From positions 8,040-72,039 of the forward strand of contig CAVSHO010000013.1 of the NCBI GenBank assembly GCA_963727825.1: a stretch of 64,000 bases of DNA. Direction: 5' to 3'. The DNA comes from Ignavibacteriota bacterium. GTDB taxonomy: Bacteria; Bacteroidota; Ignavibacteria; UBA10030. The notes beneath the pieces are model-generated. The model did no database searches and was not told the DNA's origin. It saw only the letters and a program-made list of their open reading frames with translations. Shown here one piece after another: positions 10,706-21,847 of this stretch (the first letter of the stretch is position 1; each line of letters begins with the position of its first letter). The translations under genes were made by a program, and so were the position numbers.

Positions 10706-13700
10706 TCAACGCATTACAGCAAGCTTACCGATCGTTTCGTTTGAGCGCTGACTATTTTTGTCGCGTACAACTAATTTATAGAAGTAGACACCATTTGCAA
10801 GCGTGTTTCCATCGTTATCTTTTCCATCCCATGGTATCCTCACAGAGCTTTCTGCAATATTTTGGTGATCGATATTTGCAATTAAACGTCCTGCAACTGA
10901 ATAAATTTTAATTTGTACATCTATCGGATCATATGAAGTGCGTTCGAATGTGAAAGTTGTCGCATTTGAGAAAGGATTTGGATAATTCACGACATTGAAC
11001 ATTGCAAAATCGTCAGCGGAGTGCACTTCAAAATAGGTTTCGGCGGTTGATGAATTATTCTGGATATCCCATGCTTTCACGCTCAACGTATATTTCCCAT
11101 CGCTAAGATTAGATAATGGATAATCTACTTCTCCTTTTTTATAGTTATCAAGACTGCTGTGATAATAACTGGAAAGATCGAATGTCTGTACCGGGTTATT
11201 GATGGTTGCCGATAACTGATGTCCTACGCCAACAGTCGACGTATTAATACCGCTTTCATCTTCAAGCTTTACAATAATAGTCGGATTACTCTTGACAACA
11301 TCGCCCGGACGAAATGCTATGGTATCGAGATAGAGCGTTATCACCGGTCCCACTGTGTCTCTGGCTGTTGTAGTATCTATGCCATTAATCATTACGTTTT
11401 CTATGCTACCCGATGCGTCCGATTGACCGCTCCAAGCGTACATTGAAATTCGTGCATTTTTTCCTATTGTAACATCTTTGGGAACAGGAACAATCGCTGT
11501 ATAATGTCCGTTGGTAATAGATACATCACCACAGTATAACGAGCTGCCGGTTAATTTAAATATGAATGTTCCAATTCCTTGCACGATGGAATCAATTCTT
11601 TGCGAATCAAACAGTTGGAGTGTGCCTTCGCCGGTAAACGAGGATATCAGTGTATTATTTTGTTTTACAGTACCTGCAATACGTGCAAGTCCTAATGATT
11701 TTATCTGGATAGTATCATTGCCTAATACACCACTGCCATTTATACTATCGACCGCAGCATTATTTTTTGGCATCAATAGGCGAACAGTAGGATCACCAAA
11801 TAGATGAAATTTTTGGGTATTCAATTGGTCCGCATTAATAGATTTTGCAAAAAGGCACGCATCACCTATTCTCGGAAACTGATTATCAGAATCTTTTTGT
11901 AAGAGATAATTAAACAAGGATTCATCCAGCGCAAAATTTGGAGGATCATAGACTACGCGGGCTGGAGAAAAATCAGCGATAGAACCGCCTTGTTCCATCG
12001 TGACCAATTGTTCTCCCGAGCTGACTTCAGTTGGATTATCATAACAACCGTACCTGCATGTCGCCGTTATGGTAAATGTCAATCTATTTTTATTTGAGAG
12101 CTGCGGCAGATCGACTGCTTGTGTAAAGACATCTTCATGCGCCCACAGGAATTCATTACCATGTCCAATATAATTAGTAATAATCGTTCCCGAATTAATC
12201 GCGTTAACAATTGCCTTATTTACATCCGGCTTCCTGCGGCCTCCTGCGCTGTTCACGGTTGGATATGCAATTTCATAAATTTTGTTTTCTTCATAATTCA
12301 CAAGCGCACTTGTCCCAGCTATTTCTTCCGAATGGTCAGTGTATACTGAACCATCATCTGACGTCGAAGTCAATCCATCATCTGAAACAAATGTAATCTT
12401 ATTTCGCCATGGATCTAAAGGAGAATTTGTTTCATAAGAAATGACTTTATCTACCATACTAGCAGCATCTTTGAGACTGCGTACTGGAAGTCGTCCGATT
12501 GCAAGTGCATAGGAATTTGAATATCCAAGCATAACGAATTGATCATCGCATGGGTATGAATCAACTGTTTCAAAAGATTCTTCCGTTTCGTAGGGCGGCA
12601 TCCAGTTACTTTGTGTTGTGCTAATATTTTTATAATCAAAATGTCCGGAACCGAACAACAAAACATATCGCGGTTTTGGATCTGCCCAATTGTTTTGAGT
12701 GTAATTTATGAATTCCCTTATTGACAATGGATCTGGAAGACCGCCGGAAAATTCATTATAGATTTGATGAATGTCCACCACTAATGTATTTAGACTATCA
12801 TTTAATTTACGATAATCTCTTAATCTGTTTGCTTCGGATATAAATTCGGTTGGAGAAATAATAATGAAATCAATCTGATCTTGAACATCGTGAAGATTAT
12901 TGGGAGTAAATTTCGCGACCTTTGTCGCTGTTGTGGGAGTCAAATAGCCATTCTTACCAATTACTGCGATCTCACGTACGTTTCCAGGAATCTGTTGAAG
13001 TTGAAATGTGCAAGAAGAACCCGTCTGATTGAATTTTATTTGTTTCACATCATTATGATCTGTTACATCGAAAGCGCGGACTTCTGACGAAAGATTACTT
13101 ACACTGTATTGAATTAACCCTGAAGTGTCTGCTGTTGTGAATAAAAGCGCATCGTTCAAAGCTTCAAAATACCGCTGATAATAAATTTCTAACCAATCTA
13201 ACCAAGTTTCTGAAGCTTGATTTGTGGTTACCACCTGAATTTTAACTATACTCGAATTTGGATTAATCGGCACTCCTCCTGTCGCAGTAACCGGTAGATC
13301 CTCCGCATACGGGGTGGTTTCACCGTCTCCCAATTCCCCGCTTATTATAGGTGCTGCCCACATTGATATTTGTTGAATAAGGTTACCACTCTCATATATA
13401 TTCAATAAATCGGTGGATGCAGAGCGGCGAATGAAGTTAAATGCATAATTGATTTGTGAATTTGAGACTATACCTGGAAGTGAATTGTAATACGTGTCGG
13501 TAGTATCAGTTCCTGAAAATTCCTTTCCTGCCCATCTTCTACCTGAGCTTAAAAGATTATATATTTCTTTCTTAAAAAATATTTTTTCCTGAAAATATTG
13601 CTTTGATGTCGAAGTCGGATTTGGAGAGATAATTGAATCCATCTGCTCGCCTGTTCCCTGGCTCACAGTAAAAAAATAGCAGTTAGTATCAGTGTAGGGA

Positions 13701-14686
13701 TTAATATAATGTTGAAAACTTTTACTGCCTGCATCGTAGTTCCAGCCTTTTACTCCGCGTCCATAGAAAACGACATAATCCGCTGTGTCTATGCCGGTGC
13801 TGTTCTTTCGCACAACAAGACGTGGAATTTCCACTAATGAATCTGGCCTCGGATCAGTGTTGTTATCCGGAACTACCAATCCGCCATTTCCGAACAATCG
13901 AACTGAATTAATATCATTGACCGAAATATTTAGATTATGCAAATAAGTATTATCTATTTTGTACATACCATCATTTGCTACATTGATTCGATACCAATCT
14001 CCTTGTGCAAATGGAGAATTTCCTGACGTCACTTTGTGCAAACCCGCTTGCATTGTTTTGGCAAGCTGTGCTTTTTTCGGTAGTTCCCCTCTAAGAAAAC
14101 AAGTGGAACGCAAGCCATTTTGAAAAGCATCTTTGAATTCAAACCTGATTGTTATACGTGAATATATCCTTACTCTTTCTTTATCTATCACTTGGATAGG
14201 ATGCATTACAATGGTTGCAGTATAACCAATGCTTGTTTCTCCAACACGTGCCACTTTTGCAAGTGCTTTTTGTGGTGAAGATCGCGCATCTTGGATAAAT
14301 TTTGCATCATCGTAGCTTTCACTTACTCCAAAATCTTTTAGGGATTTTATTGTCGGTTTAGGTAGAAGTTTTATCGAATCTCTAATTTGAAATTCGCTCC
14401 GCAGGACTTGAAATGAATATCGCGTTGAAGGGAAGAACAATAGAATATTCCGAGAAAATTCTGCCTGTCCGGTAGAATCGAATGTTAATTGGTTTTCGAA
14501 AAAATGAAACCGTGTAAAAATACCACCATGAATCCCAGTCACACGTTCAGTTGTAATATGGGGTGTAAATTCAAGAACAACGGATTGTTGGTCTTCACTC
14601 AAGATTCGGATATCTGTCAACGGCTGGGCGGTGCCCATCAGCGTTCCGATTAATAATAGGATTGTAATTGTAAAAGTATTTTTCAT
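10706..14686 (-). CDS. porU: T9SS sortase PorU (peptidase C25/gingipain family)
   Basis: IYNEFSGG..DP, IGRLPV, catalytic NYIGHG and TATCRYG, LFGDP, NYPNPF...LANGVYFYKL CTD. Confidence 0.93.
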   Translation of the reverse strand: MKNTFTITILLLIGTLMGTAQPLTDIRILSEDQQSVVLEFTPHITTERVTGIHGGIFTRFHFFENQLTFDSTGQAEFSRNILLFFPSTRYSFQVLRSEFQIRDSIKLLPKPTIKSLKDFGVSESYDDAKFIQDARSSPQKALAKVARVGETSIGYTATIVMHPIQVIDKERVRIYSRITIRFEFKDAFQNGLRSTCFLRGELPKKAQLAKTMQAGLHKVTSGNSPFAQGDWYRINVANDGMYKIDNTYLHNLNISVNDINSVRLFGNGGLVVPDNNTDPRPDSLVEIPRLVVRKNSTGIDTADYVVFYGRGVKGWNYDAGSKSFQHYINPYTDTNCYFFTVSQGTGEQMDSIISPNPTSTSKQYFQEKIFFKKEIYNLLSSGRRWAGKEFSGTDTTDTYYNSLPGIVSNSQINYAFNFIRRSASTDLLNIYESGNLIQQISMWAAPIISGELGDGETTPYAEDLPVTATGGVPINPNSSIVKIQVVTTNQASETWLDWLEIYYQRYFEALNDALLFTTADTSGLIQYSVSNLSSEVRAFDVTDHNDVKQIKFNQTGSSCTFQLQQIPGNVREIAVIGKNGYLTPTTATKVAKFTPNNLHDVQDQIDFIIISPTEFISEANRLRDYRKLNDSLNTLVVDIHQIYNEFSGGLPDPLSIREFINYTQNNWADPKPRYVLLFGSGHFDYKNISTTQSNWMPPYETEESFETVDSYPCDDQFVMLGYSNSYALAIGRLPVRSLKDAASMVDKVISYETNSPLDPWRNKITFVSDDGLTSTSDDGSVYTDHSEEIAGTSALVNYEENKIYEIAYPTVNSAGGRRKPDVNKAIVNAINSGTIITNYIGHGNEFLWAHEDVFTQAVDLPQLSNKNRLTFTITATCRYGCYDNPTEVSSGEQLVTMEQGGSIADFSPARVVYDPPNFALDESLFNYLLQKDSDNQFPRIGDACLFAKSINADQLNTQKFHLFGDPTVRLLMPKNNAAVDSINGSGVLGNDTIQIKSLGLARIAGTVKQNNTLISSFTGEGTLQLFDSQRIDSIVQGIGTFIFKLTGSSLYCGDVSITNGHYTAIVPVPKDVTIGKNARISMYAWSGQSDASGSIENVMINGIDTTTARDTVGPVITLYLDTIAFRPGDVVKSNPTIIVKLEDESGINTSTVGVGHQLSATINNPVQTFDLSSYYHSSLDNYKKGEVDYPLSNLSDGKYTLSVKAWDIQNNSSTAETYFEVHSADDFAMFNVVNYPNPFSNATTFTFERTSYDPIDVQIKIYSVAGRLIANIDHQNIAESSVRIPWDGKDNDGNTLANGVYFYKLVVRDKNSQRSNETIGKLAVMR

Positions 14687-14730
14687 AAAAAAAAAGCCAA
14701 ACGAGAGAAAATATACTGTCTCGTTCGGCT
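14687..14730 (-). terminator. Intrinsic terminator immediately upstream of the porU start codon
   Basis: Minus strand AGCCGAACGAGA-cagtatattttc-TCTCGTTTGGCT followed by a U-run that abuts the porU ATG. Confidence 0.75.
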
Positions 14731-14891
14731 AAACTCTTCTTTATTTAGAGATCGTCAGCCGAACTTGAAAAGGTCTGTACTTCCAACATAATCCCTATAG
14801 TATAAAACACGCCGAAATACTTTAGGAATAAACCTTTATCAAGCCCTCGATACAATCTCCATAAACAATATTATTCTTTTTAAACTGATAA

Positions 14892-14920
14892 AAGATAGCG
14901 AATGAAAAGAAGATTGTCAA
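14892..14920 (-). promoter_or_regulatory. sigma70-type promoter for the porU leader
   Basis: Minus strand TTGACA (14920-14915) - 17 nt - TATCTT (14897-14892). Confidence 0.65.
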
Positions 14921-15139
14921 GCAATTGATTCGCGATTTGCTCAAACTATTCTATAGCTGATCTATGTTTTCTGTTATTTAGAAGAATTTTAACAATAGAA
15001 CTCCACAATTGCTCTATTCTATTTTTTGATGAATGATATTTTCAGAAAAGATGATTAGAAATAAATGATTTGCTTTGCAGTTCTGGCAATATTTTGCTAA
15101 ATTATATTTATCGAAAGCATTTATCCTTATTTAGGTAAT

Positions 15140-16627
15140 ATGAGTAGACCTCTTAACATTCTTTTTGTCACCAGCGAAGTATATCCCTTCGCAAAAACTG
15201 GCGGGCTTGCTGACGTTTCCGGCGCCCTTCCTAAAGCAATCAAAGATCTCGGACACGAAATTCGCATAATGATGCCGCGATACCGATTTATTGGTGAACG
15301 GAAGTTTAGATTGCATGACATCATACGTTTACACGAAATACCGATTCCCGTTGGAAGCATCGTCGAACTTGGGAATGTCAAATCTTCTTTCATTAATAAT
15401 TTGAAAGAAAAAGTTCAGGTTTATTTTTTAGACAATACGAATTTTTATGGCCGCGATGGCATTTACCAAAGTCCAACGACAAAGAAAGATTACAAAGATA
15501 ATGATGAACGATTCATCTTTTTTTGCCGTGGTGTGATAGAAACATTAAAACGATTAGGGTGGCAGCCGGATATTATCCATTGCAACGATTGGCAATCTGG
15601 TTTAATACCTGCATACCTCAAAACCATGTGCATGGCTGATCCATTCTTTAAATCGATGAAGACGGTTTTCACTATACATAACATGGGATATCAAGGTGCC
15701 TTTCCGCAGGAATCATTTGCAAAATCGAATTTGCCGATAGAGTTATTTGATACGAATGGCGTAGAAGCGTATGGCTGCTTTAACTTCCTTAAAGCGGGCA
15801 TCTTTTTCTCTGATGCTATTACAACAGTCAGCGAAAAGTATGCTGACGAGATTTGCAAATCTCCTGAAATCGGAGCTGGACTCAATGGCTTACTTACTGC
15901 ACGACGAAAAGACTTAAGCGGAATTCTTAACGGTATTGATTACCAAATTTGGGATCCGGCGACCGATGAATACAGTTTCCGAAAATTTGACGTCAAATCT
16001 ATTGAAGCTAAAGTTGACAATAAACGCGCGTTAATGACAAAGTTAGGAATGGAATTTTCCGAGGATCGTCCTGCCATCGGGATAATTAGCCGCCTTGCGG
16101 ATCAAAAAGGATTTGATTTAATCTTTGAAATTATAGAAGACATCATTCGGCTTGATGTCCAGATAGTCATGCTTGTCGCAGGTGAAAGAGACTACGAGAA
16201 GAAAGTAGAAGCACTCCAAAAGAAATATCCGAAGCGAATTTTTGCATTTATCGGTTATGATAATGAACTAGCGCATATGATTGAAGCGGGAACGGATATG
16301 TTCCTCATGCCGTCTAAGTATGAGCCTTGTGGATTAAACCAGATGTATAGCATGCGGTATGGCACTGTTCCAATAGTCCGTGCAACTGGCGGATTAGACG
16401 ACACAGTAGAAGATTATATCGGTAATGGAAAAGGCACAGGATTTAAGTTTGAAAAATATGAATCTAAAGAGTTAATGAAAGTGATTCAGCGGGCTCTGAA
16501 GGTCTTCCAGCAACCTGAAGAATGGAAACGAATAATGCGAAATGGTATGATGTGCAATTTTTCATGGGAAAATTCAGCACGAAAGTACATCAACCTCTAT
16601 AAAGACCTTTTAAAACATAATGTATGA
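15140..16627 (+). CDS. glgA: Glycogen synthase (GT5)
   Basis: KTGGLADV, IIHCNDWQ, GILNGID, EPCGLNQMY, TGGLDDTV. Confidence 0.95.
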   Translation: MSRPLNILFVTSEVYPFAKTGGLADVSGALPKAIKDLGHEIRIMMPRYRFIGERKFRLHDIIRLHEIPIPVGSIVELGNVKSSFINNLKEKVQVYFLDNTNFYGRDGIYQSPTTKKDYKDNDERFIFFCRGVIETLKRLGWQPDIIHCNDWQSGLIPAYLKTMCMADPFFKSMKTVFTIHNMGYQGAFPQESFAKSNLPIELFDTNGVEAYGCFNFLKAGIFFSDAITTVSEKYADEICKSPEIGAGLNGLLTARRKDLSGILNGIDYQIWDPATDEYSFRKFDVKSIEAKVDNKRALMTKLGMEFSEDRPAIGIISRLADQKGFDLIFEIIEDIIRLDVQIVMLVAGERDYEKKVEALQKKYPKRIFAFIGYDNELAHMIEAGTDMFLMPSKYEPCGLNQMYSMRYGTVPIVRATGGLDDTVEDYIGNGKGTGFKFEKYESKELMKVIQRALKVFQQPEEWKRIMRNGMMCNFSWENSARKYINLYKDLLKHNV

Positions 16628-16763
16628 TCTCGAATGACGTTGGATTTTTTCTCGCCCATAGCTTGGCGATACAGAAACTGCTCATCTCCACCGTCCAGAA
16701 TATCTCTAATTGAAATCTTTCTCATCTTACATCGCTATCGAAATAGACAAAGGATATTGTGAA

Positions 16764-17975
16764 TTGAAGGTGTTCCGTTTTATTCTCCTCTTCTGCATCG
16801 CATCGATATTGTTTTTAATTGGCGGCTGCAATGACACTCCAAATTCTGTAGGTAAAGGCTCGCTTAAACAAGAAGACTTCGGCGTAGTCCATGTCGATAC
16901 ATTTTATGCCACAGATCATTCCACAATCCCAAATGTAATGTCCACATCCTCAAGTGATCGATTCATGATCGGCCAGTATAAAACATATCAAGCTTGGACA
17001 TGCTTAAAATTTGATCAATGGCCGGATACTCTAGTCGGTGTTAAAATTGTTAGTGCATCAATTCACTTGAGAAGTGTTTACCATTTCGGCGATTCATTAG
17101 CACCTTTATCGTTTAATGTGTACCGCGCAATGTCAAACCTTTTCTTGAGCGATTCACTTACATATGATTCATTAAAATTAAATAGCGTAAATAGTGCTAA
17201 TGGTATTTATTACAACAGTAATAATGCGGTTGGCACGTATCCGTCCACTTCATTTGGAGATACTGATGCTATTATAATCAATATTCTTGATACGACAATG
17301 CTTCGGCAGTGGTTCTCAACAAACAATGATACTTCGGATCTTAATGATGGTCTTATCTTTCGTCCAACTAATTCAAATGTTATTAAAGGATTTTATTCAT
17401 ATAATAATGCATCTGATACATCCCTGCAACCTACACTCTTTGTTAGTTATATAGATACAAACGGTATTCCTTATTATGACTATCCTCTTAAATCCAGTCT
17501 TTCAGAATATGTTGCAACAGTCAACCAGGCAAGCCTTATTACGGATAACAGTTTGATTTATGTGCAAAATGGCATTTCCTATCGAGGGCTTGTATCGTTC
17601 GACAGTATTCCTATTCCTTGGCCGACTTCTATTCACCGTGCGGTTCTTCAAGTAACTTTGAACTCATCTCAATCCTCAAGTCAGTTTATTCCATTCGCTC
17701 ACGACTCAATGTTCGCACTCTCCGTGGGAACGAACCAAGAAAGTGATGGAGGGGCATATGGAACGAGCTTACGTAACGATAGTTCTGGCTATCCCGTTTA
17801 TTCATTTGAAATAAGATCAGTTGCGATACGTATGCTTAGTAACGCCTCAATACGAAAAGTGATTTTGAGTGGTTACATAGAGGATGGGTCTTTCGATTTG
17901 CATTCATTATATGGTGCTATTCCAGATAAAAAATTAAAACCTAGAATCATTATCACTTATTCCGTTCAACGTTGA
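16764..17975 (+). CDS. Outer-membrane lipoprotein (DUF4270-like)
   Basis: Probable TTG start at 16764 after AAGGA; lipobox LFLIGG-C; C-terminal KPRIIITYS; position after glgA. Confidence 0.55.
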   Translation: MKVFRFILLFCIASILFLIGGCNDTPNSVGKGSLKQEDFGVVHVDTFYATDHSTIPNVMSTSSSDRFMIGQYKTYQAWTCLKFDQWPDTLVGVKIVSASIHLRSVYHFGDSLAPLSFNVYRAMSNLFLSDSLTYDSLKLNSVNSANGIYYNSNNAVGTYPSTSFGDTDAIIINILDTTMLRQWFSTNNDTSDLNDGLIFRPTNSNVIKGFYSYNNASDTSLQPTLFVSYIDTNGIPYYDYPLKSSLSEYVATVNQASLITDNSLIYVQNGISYRGLVSFDSIPIPWPTSIHRAVLQVTLNSSQSSSQFIPFAHDSMFALSVGTNQESDGGAYGTSLRNDSSGYPVYSFEIRSVAIRMLSNASIRKVILSGYIEDGSFDLHSLYGAIPDKKLKPRIIITYSVQR

Positions 17976-17989
17976 CACGTTTGTAGACT

Positions 17990-19246
17990 ATGCATAATTC
18001 TAAAATAAAAATATTTCTATTTATCTTAATCGTCGTATTTCCGTCAATCACTTTTGCTGGCGGGTCTTCTTTCTCTCGATACGGCTTTGGTGATCTCTTA
18101 TTTAACGGTGATAGTCGAACATATGCTATGAGTGGCACAGGAATTGCTTTTATAGACGATGGGTTTATTAACGGATTAAATCCAGCTGGCCTCGCACGTA
18201 TTTCTTATACAAGATTTTCAGCCGGGCTGGAATACAATAATTTTTTTTCTAAAGATGAAACTGGTTCTTCATCTTATTCTACAGGTGGATTACAAGGATT
18301 ATCTTTTGCTTTCCCGATTTCAACAGAGAACGGAATTGTGATGTCTGCCGAATTCACTCCATACAGCAAAGTAAGTTACGGCATTACTTCTTCTCTCTAT
18401 GATACTTTAACACAATCAATAAAAAATGCAACATTTTATGGCAACGGAGGTCTTTCCTATATTGGATTGGGACTTTCTGCATCTCCTTTAACGACACTGC
18501 ACTTCGGTGCACGCGTAAATTACATGTACGGACGTACAGATCAGTATCAAACAACCGCTTTCGATAGCACGTATTTAGCTTCTACTACATTTGATCGTTC
18601 TGTCTATTATTCTGGTTTTACATTTACACTAGGAACAATTTATGAAGGTATAGCTGACCTTCTAAATATTCAAGCTCTGCATTCTTTTACAATTGGAGTA
18701 ACTTTAACAACCGGCTGTTCTCTTAACGCTGATATACAACGAACGTACTCTGAAAGTTCCTATATATCAGGCGATTCAACAGTCACAGAAAATGGTACAT
18801 CTGGCATTCCTCTTTCTCTTGGCCTTGGACTTTCTTATGTATATCATAATCGTTACCGCTTTCTGGGAGATTTAGTAGCTGAAAATTGGGGAAATATTAA
18901 ATATGTCGGATTAGATACTGTTGGTCATCGGAATTCTTTACGTGCAAGTCTAGGTTTCGAAGCACTTCCCGAAAAAGACGCAGATACTTTTGTAAAGCGT
19001 ATCGTTTACCGAGCTGGTATTGCTTATAATGCAACATATTACGAAATCAATGGTGTTGGCATTAATGAGTTTACTATAAGTGGAGGTCTTGGACTTCCGA
19101 TGGGACCGGAATCTCAGCTAAATATTGGTTTGCAAATAGGATTACGCGGCAGTACAGATAACCATCTAGAAAAGGATACAATCGTTCGTCTTTCAGTTGC
19201 AGTATCCGCAACTGAAATATGGTTTCTAAGATTCGAGGAGGAGTAA
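17990..19246 (+). CDS. Outer-membrane beta-barrel protein (FadL/PorV-like fold)
   Basis: Signal peptide; SRYGFG, AMSGTG, LNPAGL, YRAG motifs; C-terminal EIWFLRF. Confidence 0.65.
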   Translation: MHNSKIKIFLFILIVVFPSITFAGGSSFSRYGFGDLLFNGDSRTYAMSGTGIAFIDDGFINGLNPAGLARISYTRFSAGLEYNNFFSKDETGSSSYSTGGLQGLSFAFPISTENGIVMSAEFTPYSKVSYGITSSLYDTLTQSIKNATFYGNGGLSYIGLGLSASPLTTLHFGARVNYMYGRTDQYQTTAFDSTYLASTTFDRSVYYSGFTFTLGTIYEGIADLLNIQALHSFTIGVTLTTGCSLNADIQRTYSESSYISGDSTVTENGTSGIPLSLGLGLSYVYHNRYRFLGDLVAENWGNIKYVGLDTVGHRNSLRASLGFEALPEKDADTFVKRIVYRAGIAYNATYYEINGVGINEFTISGGLGLPMGPESQLNIGLQIGLRGSTDNHLEKDTIVRLSVAVSATEIWFLRFEEE

Positions 19247-19251
19247 GGCTT

Positions 19252-19691
19252 ATGATTGCACTTGGCAGCGATCATGCAGGTTTTGATTACAAAGAACGTT
19301 TAAAAAACTTCTCGATAAAATCGAAAAAAACTATCAGGATTTTGGTACTTTTTCGCCAGACTCTGTTGATTATCCCGATATTGCACACATGGTTTCAAAT
19401 GAAGTCTCTTCTGGTAAATTTCAATGCGGTATTTTAATCTGCGGAACTGGAATCGGAATGTCGATTGTTGCCAACAAGCACAATGGAATTCGTGCCGCCG
19501 TTTGTGAATCTTCTGCATCAGCAAAGCTTTCACGTGAACATAATGATGCTAATATCCTTTGTTTGGGTGCGCGCATCACTGGTTGGGAAACAGCAACAGA
19601 AATTGTAAAGACTTTTTTAACAACTCCATTTAGCGGCGGAGAACGGCACATATGCCGAATTCAAAAAATCCATTCTCTTACAGGCTTATAA
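19252..19691 (+). CDS. rpiB: Ribose-5-phosphate isomerase B, frameshifted near the A-run at ~19305
   Basis: MIALGSDHAG from ATG 19252; second frame SVDYPD...CGTGIGMSIVANK...HNDANILCLGAR...F.GGERH. Confidence 0.9.
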
Positions 19692-19744
19692 TATTTGATT
19701 AATCAATATAAAATATTTCATTCATTTTCTAATTTAATTTAATC

Positions 19745-21040
19745 ATGAATAATATCAAAATATCTGATCCGGAAATCTTTAGCGCTATTCAAAGTGAAGT
19801 TCACAGACAAAATTCCAAACTCGAACTAATTGCTTCAGAAAACTTTGTCAGCCTTGCTGTGCTTGAAGCGTTGGGTAGCGTTCTGACGAATAAATATGCA
19901 GAAGGATATCCGGCAAAACGATATTATGGTGGATGCGAATTTATCGATGTTGCTGAGAACCTGGCGCGTGATCGGGCGAAGAAATTGTTCGGAGCTGAAT
20001 ATGTCAATGTCCAGCCACATGCAGGGTCACAGGCAAATATGGCTGTCTACTTTTCTTTTATCAAGCCAGGTGATACCGTTCTTGGTATGAATCTTTCTCA
20101 TGGTGGACACTTGACTCATGGATCTCCTGTGAACTTTTCAGGACAATTATATCGCTTTTCTGCCTACGGTGTCTCGAAAGAAACAGGCCGTATTGATTAT
20201 AATGACGTTGAAGAAAAAGCTAAACGTGACCGACCTAAAATGATTACAGTCGGTGCGAGCGCCTATTCTCGCAATATCGATTACAAAGCATTCCGAGAAA
20301 TTGCGGATAAAGTTGGTGCATTCCTCTTTGCCGATATAGCGCATCCCGCCGGATTAGTTGCAGCAAAGCTGCACAATGATCCACTTCCATATTGCCACGT
20401 CGTTACTACAACGACTCATAAAACACTTCGCGGTCCCCGTGGAGGAATGATTATGATCGGCAAAGATTATGAGAATCCATTTGGACAAGTAGCGCCAAAA
20501 TCCGGTAGAAAAAAAATGATGTCAGAGCTGATTGATTCGATGGTAATTCCAGGTATTCAAGGTGGACCGCTTATGCACGTCATTGCCGCAAAGGCTGTAG
20601 CTTTTGGCGAGAATCTCCAACCGCAATTTGGCATTTACGCAGAACAAATTATTAAAAATGCGCATGCGCTCGCTTCCTCATTGAACAAACGCGGCTACAA
20701 TATTATCTCCGGCGGCACAGATAATCATTTAATGCTTATAGATCTCCGCAACAAAAATCTGACTGGCAAGGAATCTCAGGAAGCTCTTGATCTCGCCGGT
20801 ATAACAGTGAATAAAAATGCAGTTCCATTTGACGATAAATCGCCGCTGATCACAAGCGGTATTCGTATTGGTACGCCTGCAATTACAACTCGAGGGATGA
20901 AGGAATCTGAAATGGAAGTCATTGCGGATTTTATAGACCGTGTTCTTAATAATCGAACAAACGAAAAAATATTAAAACAGATCAGTGAAGAAGTAAAGGC
21001 ATTGTGTGAAGGATTCCCTCTATATCCCGAAATGGTTTAG
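19745..21040 (+). CDS. glyA: Serine hydroxymethyltransferase
   Basis: [44 protein letters not shown]. Confidence 0.97.
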   Translation: MNNIKISDPEIFSAIQSEVHRQNSKLELIASENFVSLAVLEALGSVLTNKYAEGYPAKRYYGGCEFIDVAENLARDRAKKLFGAEYVNVQPHAGSQANMAVYFSFIKPGDTVLGMNLSHGGHLTHGSPVNFSGQLYRFSAYGVSKETGRIDYNDVEEKAKRDRPKMITVGASAYSRNIDYKAFREIADKVGAFLFADIAHPAGLVAAKLHNDPLPYCHVVTTTTHKTLRGPRGGMIMIGKDYENPFGQVAPKSGRKKMMSELIDSMVIPGIQGGPLMHVIAAKAVAFGENLQPQFGIYAEQIIKNAHALASSLNKRGYNIISGGTDNHLMLIDLRNKNLTGKESQEALDLAGITVNKNAVPFDDKSPLITSGIRIGTPAITTRGMKESEMEVIADFIDRVLNNRTNEKILKQISEEVKALCEGFPLYPEMV

Positions 21041-21049
21041 CGGCGGCTC

Positions 21050-21847
21050 ATGAGTATAACGCAAGCCATCATTAAGAGAATATTTAAGTCATCCACAGAC
21101 GGCATTTCCGGTGATCGCGAAATGTCATTTCTTGATCACCTCGAAGAATTACGCAAACAAATCATTAAAATGGTTGTCGGCATTATCGTGGGTACTTTAT
21201 TATGTATCTATTTTGCCGATTTCATAGTTCAAACTATCCTTATAGGTCCTCTTCGGTCAGTAGGATTAAAATCACAGGTGCTTACACCTTACGGTATTGT
21301 AATGCTATATATGGAAGCAATTCTAATTTGCGGTGTTATTCTTAGCATGCCTTATTCGATTTACTGCCTATGGAAATTTGTTGCGCCAGGATTACTTCCT
21401 AAAGAAAAGCAATATATTTCGCGTATAGTATTCTTCACGTCTATCTGCTTTTTTACCGGTATAATATTTGGATATTATGTATTGCTACCGGCTGCACTGA
21501 CATTTTTTTCCACTTTTGGTACACAGAACATTGAACTGCATATTGCACTCGATCAATATGTCAGTTTTATGTTAGCTTTATTGCTTGGAGCCGGACTTGT
21601 TTTTGAGCTGCCAATGATTTCGTATTTCTTGTCCAAGATGGGAATACTAACGCCTTCATTTATGCGAAAATACCGCCGGCATGCCATTGTTGTTATCCTG
21701 ATTATTGCTGCAGTAGTAACACCGACACCTGATATGGTTACACAAACTCTTCTCGCTCTGCCAATGTTTTTCCTTTATGAAGTCAGTATTATTGTTTGCA
21801 AGTTCGCTCAGAAGAAAAAAACTCCATCAGAGGAAATTACATTATGA
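21050..21847 (+). CDS. tatC: Twin-arginine translocase subunit TatC
   Basis: MSFLDHLEELR, FVAPGL..E, FELP, AAVVTPTPD, LYEVSI. Confidence 0.93.
   Translation: MSITQAIIKRIFKSSTDGISGDREMSFLDHLEELRKQIIKMVVGIIVGTLLCIYFADFIVQTILIGPLRSVGLKSQVLTPYGIVMLYMEAILICGVILSMPYSIYCLWKFVAPGLLPKEKQYISRIVFFTSICFFTGIIFGYYVLLPAALTFFSTFGTQNIELHIALDQYVSFMLALLLGAGLVFELPMISYFLSKMGILTPSFMRKYRRHAIVVILIIAAVVTPTPDMVTQTLLALPMFFLYEVSIIVCKFAQKKKTPSEEITL

Noticed and set aside
19290-19330. Programmed frameshifting or phase variation in rpiB and the other split genes
   Set aside because: No consistent slippery sites or stimulatory structures; sequencing error is more parsimonious.
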